Positions 50,870 through 64,000 of a stretch of 64,000 nt of DNA are shown here, one piece after another (position 1 is the first letter of the stretch; every line of letters begins with the position of its first letter). The position numbers and the translations under genes were made by a program. The notes beneath the pieces are model-generated. The model was not told the DNA's origin and ran no database searches. It saw only the letters and a list, made by a program, of their open reading frames with translations. The DNA comes from Hypanus sabinus (lineage: Eukaryota), in the NCBI RefSeq assembly GCF_030144855.1, contig NC_082731.1, positions 25,668,001-25,732,000 on the forward strand, in the 5' to 3' direction.

Positions 50870-52610
50870 CTGGAACAGGCAGATACTTCGATGTGGCTTT
50901 GAAAGACTATTTTATGTCACTCTTCACGACGGAGGACACGTCTAATAATATTTTGGATGAACTGTGCAGTGAGCACATTGACAAATTCACAGTAAGTAAA
51001 CAAATAGTGATCAGCAAACAGGGGGGCCTGAAGGTAGATAAATCCCCTGACCCTGATGGGATGCATCACAGGGTACTGAGAGAATTAGCGGAGGTTTTAG
51101 TAGACGCGTTGGTAATCTTTTACCAAAATTCTCTAGAATCTGGGCAGGTCCCGGCCTTATTGGTATGCAGCAAATGTCATGTCACTTTATTAAAAAAGGA
51201 TATAGGCAAAAGACGGGCAACCATAGGGGAGTCAGCCTAACATCTGTAATTGGGAAAATGCTTAAAGCTGTCAATACGAAGAAATAGAGAAACATTTAGA
51301 AAGGAGTGGTTCGATTAGACAGAGGCAGCATGGATTCAGAAAGGGCAGCTCCTGTATTGACAAAGTTTCTGGAGTTCATTGAGGACATAATGAGTACGGA
51401 GGATAGAGGGTAGTAGATGGATGTCGTCCACTTGGATTTCCAGAATGCGTTCGATAAGGTGCCGCACAGGAGACTTTAAATAAGATATGGATGCCTGGAG
51501 TCAGAGGAAGTGTATTGCCATTGGTAGTGGATTGGTTAACCGATAGAAGGCAGATTTGGTATCAATGGATGTTTCTCCGGTTGGCAGTCAGTGTCGAGTG
51601 GAGTGCTGTTGGGGTCGGTGCTCGGCCCGCAGCAGTTAACAATTTACAGTGATGATTTCGAAGGGGGGCTGAGTGCAGCGTAGCAAAATTTACTGTTGAC
51701 ACTAAACTGAGTGGAAAGAAAATTGTACAGAGGATCTGGAGTATCTGCAGCGGGATATAGATAGGCTAAGTGAATGGGCCAAGGTCTGGCAGATGGAATG
51801 CAACGTTGGTAAATGCGAGATATTCCACATGGGAAGGAATAATAGAAGAGCAACTCGTTATTTAAATGGTGAAAGATTGTAGCATGCTATTGTGCAGAGG
51901 GACTTGGGAGTGCTTGTGCATGAATTGCAAAAAGTTGGCTTGCAGGTACAGCAGGTTATTAGGAAGGCAAAAGGAATGTTGCTATTATTGCTGGAATTTA
52001 CGAGCACGGAGGTCATGCTGCAACTCTACAGGGTACTGGTGATGCCGCATCTAGAGTACTGACAGTTCTGGTCTCCATGCTTGAGGATTTTTATACCGGC
52101 TTTGTAGGCAGTGAAGAGCAGGTTCACCAGGTTGATCCCCGAGATAAAGGGGTTAACCTATGAGGAATGATTGAGTCGCCTGGGACTATACTCTCTAGAA
52201 TTCAGAAGAATGAGAGGGGTTCTTATAGAAACATACAGAATTTTGAAAGGGATGGATAGAGCTGAAATAGAAAGGTTTTTCCAATTGGTCGGTGAGAGAA
52301 GAACTTGTAGATATTGTCTCAAGATTCAGGGGAGAAGACTTAGGACAGAGATGAGGAGAAACTGTTTTTTTTTTCCAGATAGTGGTGTATCTGTGGAATT
52401 ATCTGCCCAGGGGAGCAGTTCAGGCTTCTTATCTAAATATATTTAAGATACAGTTAGATATATGTTTTACATAGTAGTGGAATTAAGGGTTATGGGCGAA
52501 AGGCAGGTAGATGGAGTTGCGTTTACGGATTGATCAGCTATGATATTATTGAATGTCGTTGCAGGGTCGATAGGCCGGGTGGCCTACTCCTGTCCCTTGT
52601 TTATTATGTT
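50870..52610 (+). mobile_element. 5'-truncated CR1 ORF2 (RT to 3' end), decayed
   Basis: KVDKSPDPDGMHHRVLRELAE; DVVHLDFQNAFDKVPH; SRLGLYSLEFRRMRG. Confidence 0.88.
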
Positions 52611-52699
52611 CATATTACAAAGGCTGTAGAAGCTCTATTAGCTGCTGTAAGCTGACGCTGCAATCTGACCAGCCAGGCCGGTTCTATAATTGTGCACGG

Positions 52700-53000
52700 T
52701 TACTGGCTTACATGGTGAATCTCTGAGAAACAATCCAAATCAGTCCATTAAACGCCCTACCAAAACAACGCTCTCCAAAAGCCGATTTTTTTTGGTAAAG
52801 TGTAGTCGATTTCAGGTGTCTCTATGGCCTTCCATATTTCAGAACCTGGGAGACAGCCACCGACTCCTGAAACTGCGTGAAGGGGGAACTTTTCCGGACT
52901 GTTGCAGTTGAGTGGGGCGGAGCGAGACATCTCTCATCACTACATTCCATCTTGAGCTTAGTACAGGGGCCCGTCATGACATCGAAGTGCATGATTAACA
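52700..53000 (+). pseudogene. Possible highly decayed TCR-like V
   Basis: GLHGESL...VKC...W..FQNLGDSHRLL...FPD-CS*VGRSETSL...LELSTGARHDI is in register with LELSDSAVYYC; no Cys104 and no credible RSS. Confidence 0.15.
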
Positions 53001-54089
53001 GGACTGATTGGATAATCTAATAAAATTGACTATTTGAAGAGTGAACCGGGCAGCTGAGTGATGCAGAGAAGTAGTGACGCGCACTTTCTATTCATTGATT
53101 ACTGCCCGTCGTCATCTACTCTGTTATCATTATGGAAGCTCTTCCTAATTGGCGGAGTTCGAGAGGCGTTATGATGGTCCTGAAACTAAAATGACATTGC
53201 GAACGGAATTGTGGGCATGGATGCTGATGTGTTGGGCGTTTTATAAGACCATTGAAAATTCATTGAACGAGAGGATGAAGCTTACGTCGGTGAACAACTC
53301 GCGGGTAGACGAATCGACTCGCGATCGCAAATGGTGGCTTTTTTTTCCCATTTGCCGAAAGTCCACATCAAGGCCCGCCCAGTCAAGATAGTGATGACGA
53401 AAGCGATTGTAGACCGCGCGTATAATACAGAGACGGCAGGTGCTCAAAGTATAAGTTGCACTCCAGCAGGAAGTTGCGGCATCTGTTTGGAGATCCATGG
53501 AAGCATTCGGGCAGGGGGATCAGAGGCTCAGATAGAGGAGATTGACTAGTGCGGAGCTGCTGTGCTGAGGCAAAGAGTAGGATGAGTGAGGCGGAATATG
53601 AGTGGCTTCCTGCTGCTACTGGATCGCGTGCTCATATCAGCAGACAAATTCCGTTAGGTGAGCACACTCTGCTGGGTCAATTAATGTTTCACGAATCCTA
53701 TCAGGAAATGCAAAGAAGGGCTGAAGCAAAGGCAGAGCAAAGGAAACGATTTAACAATAATCGTTAACTTTAATAATAAACGGGGAAATGACAAAACAAG
53801 AACAGCCATAAAATAACATAAGCGAAGTTCAGGAAAACAGTCAACAATATAAACTTCAGACAGGTAAGAACAACTGGTTGAGCGGTTTGGTTCGATCGCA
53901 GAACGAGAACCATGGGTGAGAAGTCAGGTTAATGGGACTGAAGCTGATGAATCTACAATGAGCAGCAGGTACATTTTATTAGTGGCGTGGAGACTGCAGT
54001 TGAGTGCATTGGATGCTGTGAGGTGTCAGTAAGAAGATCTGATAGGTAGTTGTCTATGTCCCACGATGTTGATTACTTAGTTTCTGACT

Positions 54090-54280
54090 GGCACATTTGT
54101 ACCCCAAACAAGATGTCACGTCAGAGCCCTGCTATTCTGTTCAGCCCATTGCCTGTGCTTTATCGCCACTTGCGTCACGTCTCGGTAGATTTTAGCACGG
54201 TTCTGCCTCCACCACATGGAAACTATACCATTCTGGTAGCTGTGGACCGCATCTCAAATTCAGCCCACAAAGTAAATCAG
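54090..54280 (+). mobile_element. Gypsy integrase core fragment (with LTR-like sequence at about 53700-53960)
   Basis: C-PNKMSRQSPAILFSPLPV...HVSVDF---LPPPHGNYTILVAVDRISNSAH. Confidence 0.75.
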
Positions 54281-54779
54281 GAGCTTTAGATAACGCTGCA
54301 CTAACTTGTTTCGTACTGCTCCACCACCTGGAGTTCCGAGATAATATGGCCAGAGACTGCAGTCAAAAACTAACATGTATTATCCCCTAGTGGTGTCCCC
54401 TTCTGAATGCGAAAATATATATAATATATATATATATATAATCTGGCTGTCCTTCCCCTGAGACTAGGAAGCTAAAATATGGCCCCCCTGAACATTAAAA
54501 TCGGACCTTTTGAAAAGCTCGAAGGAAATTGTATTATCAGAGTAATTGTCCATCACCACATACAACATTCAGATTTATTTTCCTGCAGGCCGACTCGGCA
54601 AATCTATAGATTAGTACTATAACAGGATCAGTGAAAGATCAACCATAGAGTAGACATCAAACTGTGTAAGTAGTAATATCAATCAATCACGATAAGTAAC
54701 GAGGTCAGGAATAAACAAGATAAAGAATCCTTAACGTGAATCATTGATGGTGGGAAAAACGCAGTGTACGGGCAATTGA

Positions 54780-56440
54780 GTGTAGTTATCCGCTTTCGTT
54801 CAGGATACTCATGATTGTGGAGACCTGAAGCTCTTGTACCTTCCAACTGATGGTCCCATGGCCTGGGTAGTGAGGGTCTCTGATGACGGATACTGCTTTT
54901 CTCGGACAGTGTTTCATGTAAATGTAATGAATGTTTCCGAAGGCTTCAACTATGAAGTACTGCGTCAAATCCAGTACATGTTGTCGGAGTATCCGTTCAA
55001 AGACTTTGGTGTTTCCATACTAGGCCGTGGTACAGCCGTCAAAACACTCTCCACTACATATGTATGGAGGTTTGTCAAAGGTGTTCATGCAATGCCGGAT
55101 CCTCGCAGACTCCTATGGAAATAAAGGTTCTGCAACGCTTTCTTCGCATCTGCATTTTCGTATTAAGTGCAGGACAGGTTCTCCGAAATATTAACACCCA
55201 GAAATTGTAATTTTTTAACCCTCACTACTTGAGATCCTCCGATAAGGACTGGCTAATGGACCTCCGGTTCCTCCCTTCTCGTCTCTATGCAGTGCATTGG
55301 CCTTGCTGGCAATTGAGTGGAAGTTTGTTCGTATGATATCACAATGCCAAATTTCCAATCACTCTTTTTGATGCTGAATCACCACCATCTTTGGTACAGC
55401 CCAAAATAGTGGCCTCATCCGTATAATTCAACATAGTGTATCAGTTGTGCTTAGCCATACGTTGCTTAGTGTAACCCGAGTAGAAAAGTGGGTTTAACAG
55501 ACAGTCCTGTAGTGCACCTGCGCTAATGGAGATTGTAGAGGAGATGTTTCCAAGTAGAACTGACTGGGAGCTAGAAATGGGGACATGCAGCGTTCAAAAG
55601 CATAATGATACATTGAGGCCAAAGCCATGGAGCTTATTGGGTAGTTTTGAGAGAAAGATGCTATAAGGTGCTGAGGTGTAATCGATAAAGAGCGCCCTGA
55701 TGTATGGAAAGTCTGTTGTCTATTTGTCCCAAGGTTGTGTAAAGAACAAACTGCTGGAATCTGCTGTGGACTCCTCTTTCAAGTGGGCATATTGAAACCC
55801 ATCCACGTCGTCTCTCAATCAAGAGCTGATATGTTACATCAACAGCCTGCAAAAATGATTAATCACTGTGGCTGTGAGTGCAGCTGGGCGATAGACATTG
55901 TGGCAGGTCACAACTCTATTCTTGGGCAGTGGTATAATTGATTCGGATTGAAGTAGGTGTGTACCAAACACTGCGGAGTGGAGAGGTTAAATATATCTGT
56001 AAACACACCGTCCATTTGGTCAGCATCGGTCCTGAGAACAGAGCGAGGTAGACCGTTCGGTCTGATGATTTACTTAGATTCGTCTTCCTGGGAGTAGCCC
56101 GAACATCGCCTTCAGTTGCAGAGATCAAAGGATTTTAAGAAGATAGTGGAAGCTTGCGGTGGTTCACCCATGTTCTGCTAGTCAACGGGAGTATAGCATG
56201 AATTCAGATCATCTGGAAACGAAGAGCTGCTGCCAACGATGTCGCCATATTTAATATTGTAGGAGGTTAGAGCATTCAAATCGTGCCAAAGCTTTCGATC
56301 ATTCTTCGTTGAATCCAGTTTCGTCCAGATTCTCGTCTTCGTCAGTATGATGGCTATACCCTCACTGCGTGTAGCATTTTTTTGGTGTTCAGACTTGAAT
56401 GCCTCTGATCTGGATCTTAGCAAATGTAGGATCTCATAAT
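54780..56440 (-). mobile_element. Decayed Rex1/Babar-type LINE RT
   Basis: Antisense remnants of LQ--Y---RST...LFID-S-AF, ISAGALQDCL and ADEATI motifs. Confidence 0.7.
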
Positions 56441-59400
56441 TTATGCAGTGACTCTGATCTACGAACGCAACGATTCAGTGGGACACAATCATCTACAATT
56501 GTTTTAGTCGGGAAATCTATCAACAGATTCTCCAGTAGTTTCCGATAAGGCCCAAGTGCAGAGTGAGAGACACTGAAACGGGTCTATATTTCACAGACCT
56601 GAATGCAAACAGTGTTAAATGGAAACGAAATCAATAAATCAATAAATTCTGGTCAAAGAGAAAAGTACCCTAAAACTCTCAGATGGCGAACGAACCTCAC
56701 ACAGCGGCTGAAAAGAACAAATCTGACTAAAAAGAACACCACCGGTATTCAGATTCAATTAATTCGATAATCCAATTTTGCATGAAAGGCGGAATGCAAG
56801 CAGCGAAGCGTTACTGTAACCAAGTCCAACACTACGACAGAAATAATGGAGTTGAATACTATCACAATGAAATAATCATTAGCTGACACGCGCATGTTCA
56901 CAGGCACAATTGCCTTATCTACTGCTCTTCCGAATCCGTGGTTCAGCCACCTATAGTCAGTAACCCAAAGTGCCACGGTACTGACACATCAGTCACCATC
57001 CCGACACTACAACCCGAGAGCATGTCAAGTTTGCCCTCTTCCGAGTAAGTTACACTGTATTTTTCCTTAGTAACCAATATCTTAACGGACTGAACACATT
57101 ATATCCCATTAATTGGGCAGACCCAGGCTATGAAATCGAGGATTAAAATTTTCGACTGTGACACTCTTACAATGCTTCACAGTGCAGCCACCGCCCTCAC
57201 ATGTTTGCTCTTCTAATTCCCATCGACCACTTGGCGGCCTACATTACAACCCAATAATGAGATTATCCCCTTTTATTTTTCATATCCACTCAAAAAGGCT
57301 TACTGGATATTCGATGAGTAATTTCATCGCTGTCTATTACGGTGATATTTCCGTTTATAAAAATGTATCTCCCGCCCTCGTTTTTTTCCTCCTGCCTAAA
57401 ACCACAGTACCTGGAATGTTTAGTTGGCAGTCATATCCTTCCTTCGGCCACATTCCCCCATGGATATATTATCCCAATCGCATCTAACTATACAAGAACT
57501 ACGTTCTCCGGCCTTATGCATCACATCATTTATATTGAAATAAATGCTATCCATTGCAACATACGTAATTCTCTTACTATCATTCTCTTGTCTGACTTGC
57601 CTATCTAATTTGTTGTCTCTGCATTCTACAGCTCGTCTGGGCTCAAATTTACCTCTCCGGTGCTTTGTACTATCATGAATACATCTATGTTAAAACTAGC
57701 ACTAGAAAATCTGTCTGTCGGGATGTTCATTTCGCCCTCCAGTTTCAGATGTAACCTGATATTCATATATTAGCCACCTACCCTGCAACATTTAGGAGTC
57801 CCTATAGATCAAAGTATTTTTGCTTCCTACGCTCTTTCTTTTTCAGACATGAAATTCAAGCTGAAAATACTGCTTAAGTCATAATTAAACTGATATAATA
57901 TCAAAACAATGCAGACGCATTTAAACATAGGCAGTGCTTACAGCCTGACAACACAACTTCTAATTCCACAGAATCCAATGCTCTGGTTAAACGCCTACTG
58001 ACGTAGAAGTCACACGAAATTATAAGGCACACTTCAGTTCGCCCGTTCCCACAAGGAAGCAAATTCTTTTGACTGTGGTTTCTCTACAGTCCACCGGGTG
58101 ATTATTTACGTTTGAACTGGAAGTTAAGATATTCCTCGTTGTGAATACTGACACATGTGTACAGTGAGTTTCCATACTATCCCTAACTCTTACTGCAATA
58201 ACTAATAAAAATGAGATAGGAACGAAAATAAAAGCCCAATTTTAAACATACACTGGTAATATATTAATTTACTAGAAGGCTGAGCAACTGTTTAACCTTT
58301 TCGAGAGCAAATGGTGAGATGCTGCTTCTGTCCTTGCAAATTTCGAAATTTGCTCTGAAAATGCAAGAGAAGTAAAAATTCAACAGCAATCTTGCTGCAG
58401 CTGTAATGAACAAACGGCCTGTATATGAAGTTCGCTGATTTTGCAACAAAGGTAACAGGAGATGTTTAAAAATAAAACCAACGCTTCCACGTGATTACAG
58501 CTGAAGAAACCAACTATTGCTCTGAGCAGGAAACTTTAACATGGCCGAAAAGTACTTGTCTGTTTCAAACTGTTTTTGTAAAAGCCATTAGTATGGGCAA
58601 TACAAGTTTAAAACTCACTTATATTTGGTTACGTTTATTATTATTATTTATTAATTTAAGGATATAATGAAATACAGCAATGCAAAGAAAATTTTATTAG
58701 GTTCGTACACATTTAAACTTAGATTGCGAAGGCGGTTTAGGAACAATGAGCCACCGACTCCCATTCTGTATGTATTGCGACACTTTCTAACAGTGCTGTG
58801 ACTTGAAACAACCGACAATGTAAATAAGTTTAAGCTCTGAAATATTTCAAAAAAAAGGTTGTGGTACCTTCATTATTCACAAATCCTGTGCATCATTAAC
58901 GCAAAATTAATGGCAGGGCAATTCACAATTATATTAACATTTGCTTAAAATCGTATCAGAGTATTTTAAAAATGATGTTAAAATGAATTAAAAGAAAACT
59001 CAAACTGTGTAGCAACAACGGCTATGTGCACGGGAGCATTTCAGGTACTCCGCCGCCGTGCACCAACCCACATTAGAGCAAAACACGCAGTAGCTCAAAC
59101 AGCGCCTGCCGAGGGAGAAACCTTTCGATTTTGACATCCATAACGTTTCAAAAGACGTAAATGATGGAAGTTCCTAATTTAGCACATTCGCCTTTGATCT
59201 ATTCGTCTTCCGTTCATGAGGGACGTATGAACCCAATGGAAGGGAGATTTGAAGAGGTTCATAACACGGGGAATACGTCTAGACGATTTGACCCCATGCA
59301 ATCGTGTTCTACGTATACTGCTCAAATACGAAAAACAAAAGTTATTCAGGGATTTGAAAATTGAAATTTAAAATAAGGATATTGAAGCTGTGAATTGACA

Positions 59401-59689
59401 ACAGGTCAATCAGAGTCTGTGCAAAAGAGAAGCAGTTAAGAGCTGTATGTATTTCGATCATCTCGTTCCCGGGAGGATCGGATTAACATTTAATTGTCAT
59501 GATTCATTGGAATTAAACCAGTGCTTATCTATCCGTGCTAACTGCGACCTTATTATAAAGCAAATTCCAGATATAGCCTTGACTCAGTATATGCGAAATA
59601 AGATGCAGTTAAGCTCAACTGCCTAGGGGACTATTTTGGTATCAACTGCTGATATTCGGGTTATGGTAGCTCCGCATTAAACATATTTT

Positions 59690-59732
59690 TCTTCTCTCTC
59701 TCTCACTCTCTTTCTCTCTCTCTCTCTCTCTC
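59690..59732. repeat. (CT)n tract in the intron upstream of V4
   Basis: Direct reading. Confidence 0.95.
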
Positions 59733-59751
59733 TTTTTCCTTCTGTGAATAG

Positions 59752-60069
59752 AAGACAGATCTGACATCGTGCTGGCACAGCCCTATTCTGCTTCATCACG
59801 CTCTCTTGTGAAATGACGAGAGGGTCGATTGATGACCACGTCGTATAATGGCATCGGTACCTTCCAGGAAAAGGTGTAGAGTGGATGGTGAGATACTACG
59901 ATTCTTCTCGTAATAGCTACGTTCCTCAACTTCCGAAGCGACTGAAGACATGTCCATATTAGAAATAGCGTTTATTTACAAATGAACTCCATCAGTGTGG
60001 AGGAAGCTACCGTGTATTACTGCGCTGCAGGCACAGCCAAATAATAGACGATTGAGCTGGTGAAAAACC
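59752..60069 (+). pseudogene. IGHV: VH-like pseudogene of a different family (V4): V exon 59752-60031, RSS 60032-60069
   Basis: AG acceptor; SDIVLAQPYSA/LSCEMTRGSIDDHVV*WHRYLPGKGVEWMVRYYDSSRNSYVP.../NSVYLQMNSISVEEATVYYCAAG; FR1 deletion, TAA at 59846-59848, FR3 frameshift; cacagcc-22-tgaaaaacc; leader not confidently found. Confidence 0.82.
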
Positions 60070-60720
60070 TCAATGCTCAGAAAATCGCCAGAGGCAGCGC
60101 AGTCGACGGGCAGTTGCTATCGTATCAGACTAAACCCACGCCCTCTCCCTAAGTTAGCAACCAACGCCAACCATAGATTTCCTCCCTTTGACTCAGTCAC
60201 CACTGACATAGACCAGCAGTTTGCTCCGTCTACAAGATGTGCTGCAGGAAATCACGGTCTCGTTAGACAGCACCTTCTACCCCAGCTAGAAGGACAAGGG
60301 CAGCGAAAGCTTGAAGAAACAATACAATTTGGAAGTTGAGCCCCACCTGAGCCCTGATTATTCCTGACTTGATAAAAGTTTGTTCCTGCTTGGAACTTCC
60401 TCGACATCAGCTTTATGCACATTACCTCGCAGTAAGGATTTTGCCGTTTCAAGGGAGATGATGAGATCTAATCTAAGGTAATTGGGGGTCCAGGAATTCA
60501 CATTAAACCGTTTAACTGGGCATGGGTGAGAGATCAAAGGTCAGGTACTTTTAGCTTTCTTAAGGTAAACGGGTTTTTTTATTGGATATGATAGATAAGC
60601 AGGCATAGGGTGCCAGGATGGTCAAAGAAGGAAGGATAAAGTGTAGATTAGGGTATGTGTGTCTATCATCTGATCCATACACCGGAGCAGAAGGTGGCTG
60701 TAAAGCACCATTTAGCTGGG

Positions 60721-61044
60721 NNNNNNNNNNNNNNNNNNNNNNNNNNNNNNNNNNNNNNNNNNNNNNNNNNNNNNNNNNNNNNNNNNNNNNNNNNNNNNNN
60801 NNNNNNNNNNNNNNNNNNNNNNNNNNNNNNNNNNNNNNNNNNNNNNNNNNNNNNNNNNNNNNNNNNNNNNNNNNNNNNNNNNNNNNNNNNNNNNNNNNNN
60901 NNNNNNNNNNNNNNNNNNNNNNNNNNNNNNNNNNNNNNNNNNNNNNNNNNNNNNNNNNNNNNNNNNNNNNNNNNNNNNNNNNNNNNNNNNNNNNNNNNNN
61001 NNNNNNNNNNNNNNNNNNNNNNNNNNNNNNNNNNNNNNNNNNNN
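60721..61044. other. Assembly gap (324 N)
   Basis: Run of N. Confidence 1.
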
Positions 61045-64000
61045 CTCAAGGGCAAGTGAATGTGGGCAATTCAATCGTGGCTGAGACTGCGAAGTCTGTA
61101 TCCTTCAATGTTTGTTTGTTTTTTAAACAGGACCACCGTTTGCATACTTCATAGAATGTAACAGTCAATCCGTTCGTTTTCGTGATTGCCGACTACAGAG
61201 GCGTTTTCGTCCGTCGCCAATAAACTTACAGCATTCGTATTTGCTGTAACTTCCGATTATTTGTTTCTCAGACGTACCTACACAGAACATGCTGTTACAG
61301 GAATAATGCCTGTTCATTGACTGTGTCTTTATCATTTAATATTCTTGTCATATCATATGGGTCCATTTATTATATTGTACTCTTACAATATTCGAACAAC
61401 TCCGGTGTTAAGCTACAGTTGTTACACAAATCTATTTTGCGCAGTTTATTGTTAGTGTTTAATATTGCTATTTAGAATTATCATTAACACGGGGATTGTT
61501 TACAATTTGATCGTTATCCGAAATTGCGATTTCATTGCATCTTGTTGTATACGAAAATTACCTAATCTAATTCAGTCTACTGTCATTTAGAATCGGATTC
61601 ACAATAGGGTTTAATATCTCCAGCATATGTCATCAAATGTGTGAACTTTACAGCAGCAGTATAATAAAATATATAATAAATATATAGAAAAAACAATTAC
61701 TTTACATATATAAAGTATATTCTATTTAATATTTAGCTAAAATAAGCTGTACCGAAACAAGAATTGTCAGAAATAGCAGAAATAAAATATTTTATATTCT
61801 TATTCATATTTACTATAAAACCAAATATGTGAAGTATCTGTGTGTTACTACATTATGCACGCACAGAGTCTCTTTATTAGCTCCTGGTTCAGTTCATATC
61901 TATTTGGCATGGTCTGTCGGTGTGATTTTTCCATAGGAGCTATAATATAAATGGTTTTTGTCCTCAACCTTAGACCTCTCTCTTAGTCAGCTCTGGGGCA
62001 TCGAAGACAAATTGTTCCCACAGTGGTTTTATGTTTTCTGGTTAAAATGATGACGCTGTGTGGGAACAACCGGCATGTGCACGGGTGAGGTCGCTACCAG
62101 AGCAATAACGCAAGACTGCTCCTACCGCTTCTAATGTGTGGACTCAGTACCCAAGCACGAACATTATTTCTACGCTTTTAAAAGACAACGGATAAATGTT
62201 CTCAAGCGACAGTAGGAATGCTACAATTCCTCAAGTGGACCTTTAATATATACTTATATCATTGAATTTTACGTATATGGGAAGAGAAATAAGGAATACA
62301 GACCACGTGCAGGAAGATATATTATTTAAATTTCGCGTCATGGTCGGCACAGCCATTGTGGTGTTTTTGGTTAAGATTCCGAATTGATGCTATATTGGCC
62401 CGAGTTTTATGCTTGCTTCCAACGTCTCATAATTTATTTTTTCATTCAAAGTTTTGGAATATTGATTTGGGGCATAGTAGTGCACCAGCTAGCGTCACTA
62501 CGTCATAAATCAAGATACCCAAATGAATCCTGACCTCAGCTGTTATAGATCTTCCAATTTCCAAATTTACTAATAATCGAGTACCTTTACTCTGGGGAAT
62601 GGAGGGGGTGGATTGTTCGTTCCTCACATATCACGAACACGAGCTGGTTGATCGAATTAGATAGCCACTATCAGTTGACCATAGTTTGTGAGTGAGTGCT
62701 ACGATCTGCGATGCACACGTGGACAGGAATACGGGGAGAACACACGGAATTTATGAAAGATGATTGTCAATGGTTAGTGATGGTCGATGCAGACTCGATT
62801 TTTCACAAGGTCTTCTTTCTTGCTGTATCTGCCTATAGATTGCATTTGAGTAGACTACTGACGAGTATGTCAGTTCGAGCCCTTTGTTGGTTTTCAGTCT
62901 ATAGGTGAGCGTGGAATGATACAGCGACGGTATGGTTTTCTTTGGAAATGGACAAGAAAAAATACTGAAAATTCCAGTTATATTACACAAAAAGACTGGA
63001 ACAAGAGGTAGTTTCATTACGAGAAAAGTTGCTACGACGGGGAAGGTTAGAAAAAAATCGTATTAAGTTTCAGAGAGAGTGGGAAGCGCGAAGCAGGGCA
63101 CTGAACATCCTCCTATAATGGGGCGAGACATCAGTTCGCATGCAGAACATATGTAAATTCAGTCACCCGTTTGATAGATCCGTGAGGACAATTCGACTAA
63201 GTGCACACATACAAGCAAAGGTAAAATTGGGTCAAGGCAAGAACATAGAGGATTGCCAGCATATTATTTTACGAAGGAGGAAAACAGCAATTGTTATAGT
63301 TAATTTCGCCCTATGAAAAACTACCTATTGTCTCATCCACTCCGATCCACCTTTCTGCAACTACTAACTTGGTTCCCTCGCTGGTGGGGAGCTAAAAGAA
63401 GAGCGCACAAGAGAATGCAGACAATCCAGCCAATTAGTAATTCTTTGCAATTTTATTTACCTCTCTTCCTTTTGTTGACGTCTTGTCATTTCCTGATCGA
63501 AACAGAGAGACGACACCATTCTCAGCTTACCTTTGTCCATGCTTCGGGAAAGTTTCTGCTTTCTGCGGCACGTTTCTGCTTTCAAGCCGCAGCGACGGCA
63601 GTAGATTTTCGTTAGTTCGAGATTGTTTGGCTATAGGCCCTATTGACCAAGTGTTTATGATTTCCTTGTTCTGTAACATTCTGAGTAATACTCAAGCAAT
63701 TGTTTATTTTATGTCCGTGTCAGTCACATTGACCACAAATTGGATCCAGCAGTGAGAGAAAATTAGTCAATCGCCCTTGAAATTCCTTGGTCAAGTTTGA
63801 CAGAAGTTAAAATCTGCAGAGGATGGGTAGGCAGAAAGCTCTGCTGCAGTGCGACAACGAATCTCAAAGCAATAAACCCAGGTCAAGCTGTTTCTCACTT
63901 CCGCTATTCAGCAGCTCTCAAGCAGGATGGCCCTAGTTCCCGTACTGGAACTCCCATCCCCTCCCTTTTTGCAGTCACATCATCCTCAGCCATACATGCC

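Noticed and set aside
56755-56976. Hydrophobic ORF resembling a TCR transmembrane exon (MRVSANDYFIVIVFNSIISVVV)
   Set aside because: Minus strand, no charged TM residue, no convincing splice sites and no adjacent C exon.
60618-61154. ORFs spanning the N run
   Set aside because: Artefacts of the assembly gap.
62033-62107. Weak D-like gttttctgg-12-cgctgtg...cacgggt
   Set aside because: RSS matches are at chance level and there is no paralog support.
63340-63560. Minus-strand ATGGACAAAG|GTAAGC donor, ttttag acceptor and a GTKLVV J-like motif
   Set aside because: The spliced frame stops after about 22 codons; no FGxG, no RSS nonamer and no J donor.

Overview
Repeat-rich vertebrate DNA, most likely from an elasmobranch (shark or ray), judged from IgW-like VH segments and abundant CR1-type LINEs with (CATAGAA)n tails. 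The window is part of a rearranging antigen-receptor locus. It holds four Ig heavy-chain-like V segments: one intact at 25986-26476 (+), and pseudogenes at 5535-6032 (+), 13877-14991 (-) and 59752-60069 (+). The first three lie in old (roughly 25-30% diverged, estimated by eye) duplicated units, each with an upstream ~45-bp repeat array and homologous D-like segments. Units 1 and 2 form a ~20-kb diverged palindrome. Downstream of the intact VH, on the same strand, are two TCR-type D segments with 12/23 RSS (38710-38789, near-perfect; 41930-42009, decayed) and a TCR alpha/delta-type J with a 12-RSS and splice donor (42396-42479). No convincing JH or constant exon was found. The main candidate system is a VH-D-J(TCR) arrangement (VH-delta-like), possibly with a decayed second 'supporting' V as in NAR-TCR or TCR-mu. 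The rest is decayed CR1, Rex1/Babar, Gypsy, solo LTRs, Tc1, SINE/MITE-like elements, microsatellites and a 324-N gap. All alignments were done by eye, and TE boundaries are approximate.
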